DNA from: Flavobacteriales bacterium
Lineage (GTDB): Bacteria > Bacteroidota > Bacteroidia > JANQJC01
Direction: 5' to 3'
NCBI GenBank assembly: GCA_028281825.1
Contig: JANQJC010000100.1
Location: 9,854-73,853, forward strand
Length of the DNA stretch: 64,000 bases
Every line of letters begins with the position of its first letter. The first letter of the stretch is position 1. Under the pieces are notes generated by a model. That model saw only the letters and a program-made list of their open reading frames with translations. It did not search any database and had not been told where the DNA came from. This document shows positions 19,245 to 28,130 of the stretch, in pieces. The position numbers were made by a program, and so were the translations under genes.

Positions 19245-20762
19245 GTGGGAGCAATAGATTGTTTTTTGTTTCTTTGTTTAGTGATGAAAATGTATGGTTT
19301 CTATATTACATCAATACTATTACTGGTCTGCTATGCATTCTCAATTTATGCACAAATTCAAAGCCCTCAAGCACCAACTTTTGGTACATTTCAAAATGTG
19401 ACAGGGCTTAATTATCCATCTCATCCAAACATGTATCAGCAACGCAATAGCAGTCATTCAATAGGGGCACATGCTAATGATGTAATAGAGCAACAATATC
19501 AGATTAGTCAACAGTATCTGGGGATGTGTATTGACAGGCCATATCTTACCCCTGCTCAAAACCAGCAAGCAAGGATAAACTTCCTTAAACAAAAAGCTAT
19601 AGGCAGCCAGTATTTGCCAGGTGCAAAGGGTGGGTTTGCACAGCAAGTAGGGATGCAAAGAGAAGTGATTAACATCCTCAACGAAGTTCAACAGGCGGAG
19701 CATGATAAAAGAAGGAATTCGAATTATTACTATTCAGCTGAATTTACCACCAAAACTAAATTATACACAGATGCTTTAAGAAAGTTGAATGACATGCTCT
19801 CGGGAAGAAGTAAACTATCCATTAAGGAAGCCTATTTCACCATAGAACAAGCCTATGGTAATTCCTATCTCACAAGAGATGAGTATGATAAAGCAGTCAC
19901 GGAATCCAGTGAGTTTATTAAAGAGTGGTTACGTCAAAATGGGTATGAACTTAAAGATAATACCGCCTTGCATTATGGTATTCAGCAATTTATGAGTGAT
20001 ACCCTAAGTATCAAAGTACCTTTAAAAGATGACGCGGCTAAAACCTATACAAAAGTGCATTTCCCTTTCTCTTATGATTACAAGGATTTTAAAGGTGAGA
20101 TGGACTACCGAAACTACTTCTCCACCAAATGCCTGGCAACGGGCTATGGGCAGTGCAATAGCTTGCCCGCGGTATATAATATCCTGGCTGAAAGTTTAGG
20201 TGCTAAGTCCTACCTTTCATTAGCGCCTAACCATTCTTTTATTAAATACCCTGACAATAAGGGGAACATACATGGTTATGAACCTACCAGCAACTGGCAA
20301 ATATCTGACAGGTGGTATGAAGAGCACCTTTTTATAAGCGCCGAAGCCAAGCGGAACAGGATATACCTGGATACATTGAATTATGAACAAATAGTGGCCA
20401 ACTGTATGCTGGATTTGGCAGTGGGCTATATGGATAAATTTGGCGTGGCCGATGGTGAATTTATAAGAGAATGCGCTCAAACGGCTTTCCCCTATTTCCC
20501 TGGTGGGAAAAATGTGCAGGTTTATATGCTCTACAGCAGTGTGCTGGCAAGGCAGTTGGAAAGGGTGATGTACGCCAGTAATATCACCACACTTGAAGGT
20601 ATAAAGCAGGTGCCTGAGGCTATGCAATTGTATCAGGCTTTAGTGCTCAATGAAAAGATGATTACCCAATTAGGGTATCAGGATATTCCTTCTCAACTTT
20701 ATGAGCAGCTAATGCAACAGCAAGAATTCAAAGGCAATGAACAAAAAAAAACAGCAAGTTGA
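19245..20762 (+). CDS. Secreted protein with a putative papain/transglutaminase-like Cys-His-Asp domain (paralog of 20823-22853). The likely start is at 19287 (MKMYGF)
   Basis: Signal peptide present. The conserved block GYGQCNSLPAVYNILAESLG...PNHSFIKYPDNKGNIHGYE aligns with GTGNCFALTSLFKIFSERLG...PGHVYIRHADDKGIKYNVE in the next gene. Confidence 0.6.
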   Translation: MGAIDCFLFLCLVMKMYGFYITSILLLVCYAFSIYAQIQSPQAPTFGTFQNVTGLNYPSHPNMYQQRNSSHSIGAHANDVIEQQYQISQQYLGMCIDRPYLTPAQNQQARINFLKQKAIGSQYLPGAKGGFAQQVGMQREVINILNEVQQAEHDKRRNSNYYYSAEFTTKTKLYTDALRKLNDMLSGRSKLSIKEAYFTIEQAYGNSYLTRDEYDKAVTESSEFIKEWLRQNGYELKDNTALHYGIQQFMSDTLSIKVPLKDDAAKTYTKVHFPFSYDYKDFKGEMDYRNYFSTKCLATGYGQCNSLPAVYNILAESLGAKSYLSLAPNHSFIKYPDNKGNIHGYEPTSNWQISDRWYEEHLFISAEAKRNRIYLDTLNYEQIVANCMLDLAVGYMDKFGVADGEFIRECAQTAFPYFPGGKNVQVYMLYSSVLARQLERVMYASNITTLEGIKQVPEAMQLYQALVLNEKMITQLGYQDIPSQLYEQLMQQQEFKGNEQKKTAS

Positions 20763-20822
20763 TACAAAAGAAAAAAGATCAATGTTCATTACTTTGTTTG
20801 AATAATTGGTAAATTTATAGCA

Positions 20823-22853
20823 ATGAAAACCAGGCTCATCACCACCCTAATTATTGCATTGCTCAATAGCATTGCTTTTGGGCAACACCCAGCCCCATAT
20901 TTAGCAGCCAGAACTGAGCTGCAAGCCATGCTTAATGGGGATGAACCATTGAGTTATGAAAAAGCCATCTTTTTGATGGAGAATGCCTATTATGATAACC
21001 AATTGAGCTATGAAAATTATCAGGCTGTGCTGGATTTTCATACTTCTAACATTAGAGCATTTATTAAAACCAATCGGGATGCGGAATATGATTTCTCACC
21101 CACCTTACTGGAAACCGAAGAACAAAAAAAGTTGAAGTATGAAAAGGCATTAGCAAATTGGAGTATTTATACCTATATCACAGACACCCTACTATTTGCG
21201 TTTGATGATCAACGTTTCTACTTAAAAGAGCCTTTTAATTATTCTTCACAAGACCCATTTGGCACTGGTGATTGGCAAAATACACAGGTGGTTAACCTAC
21301 TTGATAATGGCACAGGCAATTGCTTCGCTCTCACTTCACTTTTCAAGATATTTTCTGAAAGATTGGGCACTGAAGCCAATATCTGCACAGTCCCGGGTCA
21401 TGTTTACATCCGCCATGCTGATGACAAGGGCATTAAATACAATGTAGAACTAGCCACCCGCTTCTTCCCCGGCACAGGCAGTTTAGAAACCCTCACCTAC
21501 ACCACTGATGAAGCGGTAAGGAACAACATATCCCTCAGGGAGTTAGATTTAAGTCAATCAGTCGCACTATGTCTCGTTTATTTAGCAAAAGGGTATGAGC
21601 ACAAGCACAACATCAAAGGCGGTGATTTTGCATTAGCATGTGCTGAACTGGCACTGCAACATGACCCACTCAACCTCAATGCCTCGCTTTTAAAAGCAGA
21701 AGTATTGGAAGAGAGAGTTATCAGTCAAAACCAGCCAGAAGAAAGTGAGGACTTTAAGGAATACGAGAAATTGATAACCTATCTATATGATTTAGGCTAT
21801 CGCGAAATGCCTTTTGAGATGAAAAGTAAAGTTATTTCAGAAATGCTAGGGGACAATGCAATATTGGCAGCTAATGATTATACACCTACACCGTTTGAGC
21901 ATTTGGGTACGAAAGAAACCAAGTATGCTACCCTTTCCTGGGGCATGTACAACGAGATACAAGAAAACAAGCCTTATGAAAAATACGGCAGAGCTATTTT
22001 TGATACTCAAAAACGAAAAATAACAGGCTTTACACAAGCTGACATACTATACAACCAATATAATTTCGACCCCGTTGTTTTTGCCCTAAGTGTGGATCCA
22101 TTGGCAAGAGATTATCCCTGGAACAGTCCTTATGCGTTTGCGGAGAATCGGGTAATTGATGGAATTGACTTAGAGGGTCTGGAATGGACAAGATTTGAGA
22201 GCACTTCTTTTGATCCAGTCCTTCAAAACTCTTCCAGTGATGAGAGATACTCCTATCAACAGCAATCAGGAGGAGTTGCTACTCTTACTCACGATTTATG
22301 GCTGGGAATACTTGACTATGAAGCTCAAAGGGGTGGAAAACAACTAGATGCTTATTATGATGGCGGAATAATGGCCATGGCGGCTGAAGGAGCAAAACAG
22401 GCTAGATTTGATTTTGCATCGGGTTTTCACTACGGAGCGAAAGATGTGGTTCCTAAGCCAGGGAGTGGTGTTTTGAAGAGTACGAATAATGCAGTTCCTA
22501 AACGTCTAGCTAGAGTAATTAACTCTGAGGATGCTTCTTCTGGTTTACTTGGAGGAAGCAACAGGCCATTTGTGACAGCTGCGGAAGATATTAGTGGAAT
22601 TAATTCAGCAGAAGGGTTGTCACAACGGTTATCTTTGTTTGATGGAGATGGAAAACTTAGACAGGGGCCTTTTAAAGTAATTGAGTTTGATACACCTTCA
22701 CAAGGGATTGCGTCACCAGTAAATATAGCTGAAGAAGGTTTTAACTCAGGTTATGTAGGTAAAGGAAAAACAGCAGGAGGTGCGAGAGAGTTCACAATTG
22801 ATAACGGCCCTGTTAAGGATTTGAAAAATGTTACCATTAAAGATATCGAATGA
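20823..22853 (+). CDS. Chimeric polymorphic toxin: secreted Cys/His/Asp-domain protein fused to an RHS-core terminal motif and an unknown C-terminal toxin domain
   Basis: Signal peptide present. The N-terminal ~360 aa is paralogous to the upstream gene. Residues ~385-450 read KYGRAIFDTQKRKITGF...SVDPLARDYPWNSPYAFAENRVIDGIDLEGL. This matches the conserved end of the RHS repeat-associated core (YYRARYYDPxxGRF...DPLAEKY.W.SPYAY..NNPI.FIDPDG). About 225 aa of unrelated sequence follows. Confidence 0.65.
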   Translation: MKTRLITTLIIALLNSIAFGQHPAPYLAARTELQAMLNGDEPLSYEKAIFLMENAYYDNQLSYENYQAVLDFHTSNIRAFIKTNRDAEYDFSPTLLETEEQKKLKYEKALANWSIYTYITDTLLFAFDDQRFYLKEPFNYSSQDPFGTGDWQNTQVVNLLDNGTGNCFALTSLFKIFSERLGTEANICTVPGHVYIRHADDKGIKYNVELATRFFPGTGSLETLTYTTDEAVRNNISLRELDLSQSVALCLVYLAKGYEHKHNIKGGDFALACAELALQHDPLNLNASLLKAEVLEERVISQNQPEESEDFKEYEKLITYLYDLGYREMPFEMKSKVISEMLGDNAILAANDYTPTPFEHLGTKETKYATLSWGMYNEIQENKPYEKYGRAIFDTQKRKITGFTQADILYNQYNFDPVVFALSVDPLARDYPWNSPYAFAENRVIDGIDLEGLEWTRFESTSFDPVLQNSSSDERYSYQQQSGGVATLTHDLWLGILDYEAQRGGKQLDAYYDGGIMAMAAEGAKQARFDFASGFHYGAKDVVPKPGSGVLKSTNNAVPKRLARVINSEDASSGLLGGSNRPFVTAAEDISGINSAEGLSQRLSLFDGDGKLRQGPFKVIEFDTPSQGIASPVNIAEEGFNSGYVGKGKTAGGAREFTIDNGPVKDLKNVTIKDIE

Positions 22854-23266
22854 TGAGAACACTGATTGAAGGAGAAGAATTTTACCAATTAAAAAAAGAC
22901 CTAAAAGAAGTCAAACGATTTCCTGCTAGGTATATTACTTTTTATATTAGAGAGAATGGAGAAAAATGGGTTCAGGATAAACCACACCCCGAACTTCATG
23001 GTGGAGGTCTATCTAGACTTACATTAGTAGATAAATTTCCTGATTTTGAAAATACAGAATGGAGTTCAAATGAATATTATGGGCAAGAGGCCTTTATTTT
23101 TATTGAAGAACAATTGAAGCTAGTCAAACAAATTCCTGATGAGAGAATACGATACTATATTGATAAAGAAGGACAAAAGTGGGTTGAAGAATATGTCTCA
23201 AATCTCAAAACGGATGGTAATCTGTTATGTTGGATACATACTATAGATGAGTTTCCATGGGAATGA
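22850..23266 (+). CDS. Putative cognate immunity protein (138 aa, internal two-fold repeat)
   Basis: Its start overlaps the toxin stop (ATGA at 22850-22853). The protein is acidic and cytoplasmic-looking. It contains the repeated segment R.I.FYIRENGEKWVQD / RIRYYIDKEGQKWVEE. Confidence 0.5.
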   Translation: MMRTLIEGEEFYQLKKDLKEVKRFPARYITFYIRENGEKWVQDKPHPELHGGGLSRLTLVDKFPDFENTEWSSNEYYGQEAFIFIEEQLKLVKQIPDERIRYYIDKEGQKWVEEYVSNLKTDGNLLCWIHTIDEFPWE

Positions 23267-23474
23267 ATATTCTTATTAAAAACGGATTTAGAAATATTTC
23301 GGAAACTGAAAAGAGCAGTATTATCCTTATTTGCAAGGAAATAAATGGTGTAGTGGAGAAGAATAATGTTATTGAAATTAGTCCAAATGAAAAAATTAAA
23401 AACCCTCCGTCTTCATCAACTGTATAATAAAGTCTGGAATATTGGTAATGTATCAGATTAGTTGACGGGCATAA

Positions 23475-23732
23475 AAACAAAATATAAAGAGATTATATTG
23501 CAGGCTTCCAAGGCATAGAGAAAGCGAAAACGGCAGGCAAAATTTTAAAGGAACTCCTATACAAAAGAATTTGGATAGAGATGAATTTCCACCTGCAATA
23601 ATTAAGACTGATAAGGCATATAGTGTAAAACATACACCCTCAAATGATAATAGAAGTGCCGGACAATCAATCGGTCAACAATTGAAGGGTTTTCCTGATG
23701 GAACAGTCATTAAAGTGGTCCCTGAAGAATAA
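23475..23732 (+). pseudogene. Orphan C-terminal toxin fragment (no start codon; stop-to-stop ORF ...NGRQNFKGTPIQKNLDRDEFPPAII...GFPDGTVIKVVPEE)
   Basis: An ~85 codon ORF without ATG lies immediately upstream of a SUKH-1 immunity gene. This is the classic orphan toxin-tip/immunity arrangement. Confidence 0.4.
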
Positions 23733-24336
23733 AAGAACTATGAATAATCTTATAAGAAGTATGGATTTTAGCTTTAAGAAAGAAAAAATTCAATTGAATT
23801 TTAAGGTGGAAGATGAAAGCTATATTCAATTTTTAAACGAAACAAATGGAGGAAGTTTTTACTCGCAAAGTATTATGTTTTATGGAATTGATACTGGAAT
23901 AAATTGTTACGATATAAATGAAGTAAATGATTTTCTGAGCCGAGTGTATGGAAAAATTTTTACGGGGATATCGATTGGTTGTGATGTTTTTGCGAATCAG
24001 TTTCTGATTAAAGAAAAAGACATTTATTTGTTTAACATTGAATCAGGAACTCTTGAGTTTATAGCGCGAGGGTTTAAAGATTTTGCTGACTTATTGGGTG
24101 AAGATTGGGAGTATTTATCAGGATATCAATACCTTAACCAATGGCAGAAAATAAATAATTCCTTGGGTAAATGTTGTAGGCTCTTGCCTCTCAAACCTTT
24201 TATTATAGGTGGAGAGTTTGATGTAAAACAAATGATAAAGTATGATTTCTTTGACACCTTAAGGTATAATTCTAAGCTTGCTAAGCAAATTTATGATTTA
24301 CCAGATGGACAATCTGTAGAAATTAAGTGGGAATGA
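23698..24336 (+). CDS. SMI1/KNR4 (SUKH-1) family immunity protein. The likely start is at 23740
   Basis: Diagnostic motif YIQFLNETNGGSFY (SUKH-1 FL..NGG signature). The size is ~200 aa. Confidence 0.65.
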   Translation: MEQSLKWSLKNKRTMNNLIRSMDFSFKKEKIQLNFKVEDESYIQFLNETNGGSFYSQSIMFYGIDTGINCYDINEVNDFLSRVYGKIFTGISIGCDVFANQFLIKEKDIYLFNIESGTLEFIARGFKDFADLLGEDWEYLSGYQYLNQWQKINNSLGKCCRLLPLKPFIIGGEFDVKQMIKYDFFDTLRYNSKLAKQIYDLPDGQSVEIKWE

Positions 24337-24362
24337 CTTCAAAAGAGTAATGTGATAGAAAA

Positions 24363-24608
24363 ACTCTTAGTGCAGGAAAAGGTGAGGTTGTTGATCATGA
24401 TCCTCCATTAGTGAAACGTTATTATGAGGGTGACCCTGTAGTAGGAGAAAAACCAGGTTATCAAATGAACCAAAGTGAGCGTTTAAAAAGCGCTAATGAT
24501 AGGACTCGAATGGCAAACCAGCCTACATCAGAGTCCAACAAGCAGGGTGGGGAAATGTCAAATTATTCTAAACAAAAAAAGCAAGAATATTTTAATAATG
24601 ATGAATAG
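24363..24608 (+). pseudogene. Orphan C-terminal toxin fragment (no start codon; ...KGEVVDHDPPLVKRYYEGDPVVGEKPGYQ...)
   Basis: An ORF without an initiator ends by overlapping the start of the next candidate immunity gene. The xVDHxxPL-like motif is reminiscent of HNH-type toxin tips, but the match is weak. Confidence 0.4.
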
Positions 24609-25182
24609 AATGTACCTTAATGAGATGGATTATCAGAATAGTATTATTCAACATTATACAGGTTTTTGGAAAAAGAACCCAAGTTTTTATTATTGGAGTG
24701 AGGGTCCAGTTACTGACCTATCACCTGTTTTTAGGGTACTTGAATTTCCTCCTAATGATATTCATAAAATGTGGACTTATGCGACTTGTTGCATGTCAAA
24801 TATGAATGATCCTAACCCAGTCGAATTGCATTTATTTTCATCAGTTCAAGATACTTCTTTGACAGAGTTGCTCACTATAGTTGCGCATTATCATAAAACA
24901 GGAAGTCCCATTAATTTAGACCATACCATAAACTTCGGAAGACCCTGGCAGAATAGATCAAAATGTGAATATGGATTAGTATCCTTACCATATTTGGATG
25001 GACCAGAACTTGAAAATTTCGAATTAAGTGATAAACAGAAAACAGTGAAATTTTACTGGTTAATACCTATTACTAAGAATGAAGTTGAGTTCAAGAAACT
25101 AAATGGCATAGAACAATTGGAGCAGGAATTTGATAACAAAGAATTTAACTATTTAGACCCTTTGCGTGAGAGTGTGGTTTAG
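24598..25182 (+). CDS. Putative immunity protein (approx. 195 aa, possibly SUFU-like/Imm family); start at 24598, 24601 or 24610
   Basis: It sits directly after an orphan toxin fragment. It is acidic, aromatic-rich and cytoplasmic. The family call is from memory only. Confidence 0.5.
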   Translation: MMNRMYLNEMDYQNSIIQHYTGFWKKNPSFYYWSEGPVTDLSPVFRVLEFPPNDIHKMWTYATCCMSNMNDPNPVELHLFSSVQDTSLTELLTIVAHYHKTGSPINLDHTINFGRPWQNRSKCEYGLVSLPYLDGPELENFELSDKQKTVKFYWLIPITKNEVEFKKLNGIEQLEQEFDNKEFNYLDPLRESVV

Positions 25183-25336
25183 GTAGTGAATCCCTCAGTT
25201 CAATCTAAAAAAGGCGTTTCTGCTAATATGATCAGGTTGAAGACTAATTCTGAACAAATTATATCAAAATGAACCTAAAATTATATTTAGAAGAATTGAT
25301 GGGGATTTTATGTGGTTTAAAGAGGCCTTTATGTAA

Positions 25337-25483
25337 TCTACTAATGGAAGGGTTACTCAAGAAAACATCAATGCTATTTTTAAGAATGTAAGCTTTAATG
25401 GTGGTAATAAAGCTAATGTGGGCAATCCAAGACCACAGTTATATGATAAAGAGAAAGGTTTTAGAGTAGTACAAGAAAAATGA
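25337..25483 (+). pseudogene. Short orphan toxin-tip remnant (48 codons, ...NAIFKNVSFNGGNKANVGNPRPQLYDKEKGFRVVQEK)
   Basis: The ORF has no ATG. Its TGA overlaps the ATG of the downstream lipoprotein gene (ATGA at 25480-25483). Confidence 0.25.
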
Positions 25484-25833
25484 TGAAAATTATAGTATTC
25501 TTGAGTTTGACACTCGTTTTTTTAGGGTGTGGTGTGAGACAAGATGTCATGTCGAATAAGTTTAATAAGAAAAGATGGCTTTCTAGTTCGAATTATAGAT
25601 ATGAGATTGTTAGTCATGAAACCTTTCCTAATCTTGAAGGAAAGACAAAAAAGTACGTAAAAAGAGTATTAGGAAGGCCAAACATTATCCAAGATAATAG
25701 GTTTATCTATTGCCTGGATATATTAGATACAGAGGACTCTGATTTACCTAAGTGCAAGGGATCCTCAATAGTTATAGACTTTGACACTAACCCTTATAGT
25801 GTCACTATTATTAACGTTGAACCAAAAAATTAG
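25480..25833 (+). CDS. Small lipoprotein (117 aa), candidate immunity protein
   Basis: Signal peptide with lipobox (FLGCG). It is the last gene of the toxin/immunity array. Confidence 0.45.
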   Translation: MMKIIVFLSLTLVFLGCGVRQDVMSNKFNKKRWLSSSNYRYEIVSHETFPNLEGKTKKYVKRVLGRPNIIQDNRFIYCLDILDTEDSDLPKCKGSSIVIDFDTNPYSVTIINVEPKN

Positions 25834-25864
25834 GAAGTATAAAAAGTCTCCCCTTAGGTGAGAT

Positions 25865-26116
25865 TTAGAGGGGCTGTACCTCAAAAGCATAGCTCTCCAT
25901 AATGGCGTTGGCAAGTAGTTTTTTGCAAGCTTCTTCCACTTTGCTCTCGGCGGTAGCCTTGTCGGCAGCTTCTATTTCAAGTGTGATGTGTTTGCCGATG
26001 CGCACGTTGTCTACTTCTGGCAGGCCCAGGTTCTTCATGCTTGAAGTTACGGCTTTACCTTGTGGGTCCAACAATTCTTTCAGGGGCATCACATCAATTT
26101 CAGCTTTGAATTTCAT
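25865..26116 (-). CDS. purS: Phosphoribosylformylglycinamidine synthase subunit PurS
   Basis: 83 aa; MKFKAEIDVMPLKELLDPQGKAV...GKHITLEIEA is the typical PurS sequence. Confidence 0.85.
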   Translation of the reverse strand: MKFKAEIDVMPLKELLDPQGKAVTSSMKNLGLPEVDNVRIGKHITLEIEAADKATAESKVEEACKKLLANAIMESYAFEVQPL

Positions 26117-26856
26117 CTTTTGGGTATGTAGGTATTTACGATTGAAATAAGAATGTACAAAAGTATAATTATTGGGATTGCCATGAACTGCAAAAACACA
26201 ATAGATGCCGCAGAAATTATCAACAGCACATAGCGCGGCTCATTGCCTTTCCATTGGAAACTCCTGAATTTAAAGGAAATCAAGGGTAATTCACTCACCA
26301 TCAGGAAGCACATTGCCAAAGTCAATCCCAGTAGAAAATAAGCGTTGGTAATTTCCGCATAAAAGTTCACGTTGCTGATAAAAGGTTGTGCTATCAATAT
26401 CAGTGGGAAAGAAGCAAACAATATGGCATTAGCGGGAGTAGGCACCCCAATAAATGAATCCGTTTGTCGGGTATCCACATTGAATTTGGCTAGCCGCAGG
26501 GCAGAGAATACAGGAATGAGAAACGCCAGGTATCTCAGGTTGAGCAGGGCAGGATTGCCAGCAGCCAACTCGTTCATAGATTGCGAAACTTCAGGGTCCA
26601 GCAAATGATAAACGATAAACCCGGGTGCCATCCCGAAAGAAACCAAATCAGCTAGTGAGTCCAACTGTTTGCCTATCTCTGAATAAGCCTTCAGCATCCT
26701 GGCGGTAAAGCCATCAAAAAAGTCAAACACTGCCGCCAGCAATACCAAAAGGGCCGTAAACTCCAACTGCCCGCCAAAAGCAAAGGTGATGCCAAAGCAG
26801 CCGCAAAGCAGGTTAGCACAGGTAAAGGCATTCGGGATATGCTTCTTGATACTCAT
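26113..26856 (-). CDS. pssA: CDP-alcohol phosphatidyltransferase, probably CDP-diacylglycerol--serine O-phosphatidyltransferase
   Basis: Membrane protein with NAFTCANLLCG...GKQLDSLADLVSFGMAPG (CDP-OH phosphotransferase motif D..AD....G). ~247 aa, as in the Bacteroidetes PssA. Confidence 0.7.
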   Translation of the reverse strand: MSIKKHIPNAFTCANLLCGCFGITFAFGGQLEFTALLVLLAAVFDFFDGFTARMLKAYSEIGKQLDSLADLVSFGMAPGFIVYHLLDPEVSQSMNELAAGNPALLNLRYLAFLIPVFSALRLAKFNVDTRQTDSFIGVPTPANAILFASFPLILIAQPFISNVNFYAEITNAYFLLGLTLAMCFLMVSELPLISFKFRSFQWKGNEPRYVLLIISAASIVFLQFMAIPIIILLYILISIVNTYIPKR

Positions 26857-27992
26857 TTTCGGGAGTAAAAGTAACGCTTCAATTTTAGAAAGTTCATTTC
26901 AAAATATCGGAAACTCAAATAGGCCAATGGTGTTATTATGGCGAGTGCAATACTAGGTTTTATTAGCAATACCGCCAATTGAGAGTCCACTATTCCCATC
27001 ATTTCTATGGCTTTTTGCCCTGCCAATATTCCTAATTCATGAAAACAAAATAACCCATAAGAGACCACTCCCAATGAAGTGAGCCATTTTATCTTCCCGA
27101 ACTTGTAAAAAGAGTTTTTACAAAAATTCTGCTCGAAGATGAAAAAGCCCAGGAGCATTGCAAACACTATCTTTTCTATCACCAAATTAATATCCCCGGG
27201 AATAAAATTCTTCCCAAAAAAAGGCTCGTAGAAAAACAGGCAAGCCACAAAAAGCGCATATATGCTCACTATAACAGGTTTGCTGAAATTTACCAGCCAA
27301 TCAAAAGGCTTGGTCTTAAAGAATGATATATATGCGAAAAGCGCACCTATGGCAATATCAGCCAACAGGAAGAGCGTATGCCAAAAAAGGTTCACCTTAC
27401 CAAAAAGTAGAATGGTGGCAGTCCCAAATACCAGCATCAAAATCGGGAAAAGCCATTTCACCCTGAAGTTGAAAACCAACAGCAGAAAAGGCCACGCGAT
27501 ATAAAATTGCTCTTCAACAGATAGGCTCCACAATACACTCACAATGGGGGAGTAGGGCACTCCATGCTCAATCAGGTAAAAGTTGCCGATGAAAAAGATG
27601 AAATACCAGGGGTTTCCCGAGTCGGGCATCGGCTCTCCCAACCATGACTTGACCAACGGGTAAAGCACAAAACCCACAAAAAGCATCAGGTAGTACAGGG
27701 GCCAGATGCGCAAAGCCCGCCGCACATAGTAGCCAAAGGGTTTAAAATTGCCACCACTATTGCGGTTTTCTTCCAATATCACCCAGGTATTGATATAGCT
27801 GCTAAGTACAAAAGCAAAACTAAAACCCGTTTTGCCAAACAATACAGACCAGTAGTAGGTAGTCTGAAAATCAGCCGATTCCTTTAGTATATCACTTTCT
27901 GTTCCAAGCGCATGCGCCAAAAAAATGAAGAAGAACGACATAAAGCGCAAAGCGTCCAGATTTGTGAAGTATGTTTTGTTTCTTTGCTCCAA
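26853..27992 (-). CDS. Acyltransferase family 3 (OafA-like) integral membrane protein
   Basis: The motif LDALRFMSFFFIFLAHALG and ~10 TM helices are present. It is translationally coupled to pssA. Confidence 0.75.
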   Translation of the reverse strand: MEQRNKTYFTNLDALRFMSFFFIFLAHALGTESDILKESADFQTTYYWSVLFGKTGFSFAFVLSSYINTWVILEENRNSGGNFKPFGYYVRRALRIWPLYYLMLFVGFVLYPLVKSWLGEPMPDSGNPWYFIFFIGNFYLIEHGVPYSPIVSVLWSLSVEEQFYIAWPFLLLVFNFRVKWLFPILMLVFGTATILLFGKVNLFWHTLFLLADIAIGALFAYISFFKTKPFDWLVNFSKPVIVSIYALFVACLFFYEPFFGKNFIPGDINLVIEKIVFAMLLGFFIFEQNFCKNSFYKFGKIKWLTSLGVVSYGLFCFHELGILAGQKAIEMMGIVDSQLAVLLIKPSIALAIITPLAYLSFRYFEMNFLKLKRYFYSRK

Positions 27993-28130
27993 ATGTTGAT
28001 AAGTTCTGCCGTTCCCTGTCTAAAGTATGACAAATAGGAATAATTTTATCGGCAATTGCAATAAATTGCGGCAAATTTGGTTAACTTAATTTTAGAAAAC
28101 ACGTACAGATAACAGAAGCCACAGCTTTTC

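Noticed and set aside
20220-20627. 135 aa minus-strand ORF
   Set aside because: Antisense within the secreted paralog gene 19245-20762.
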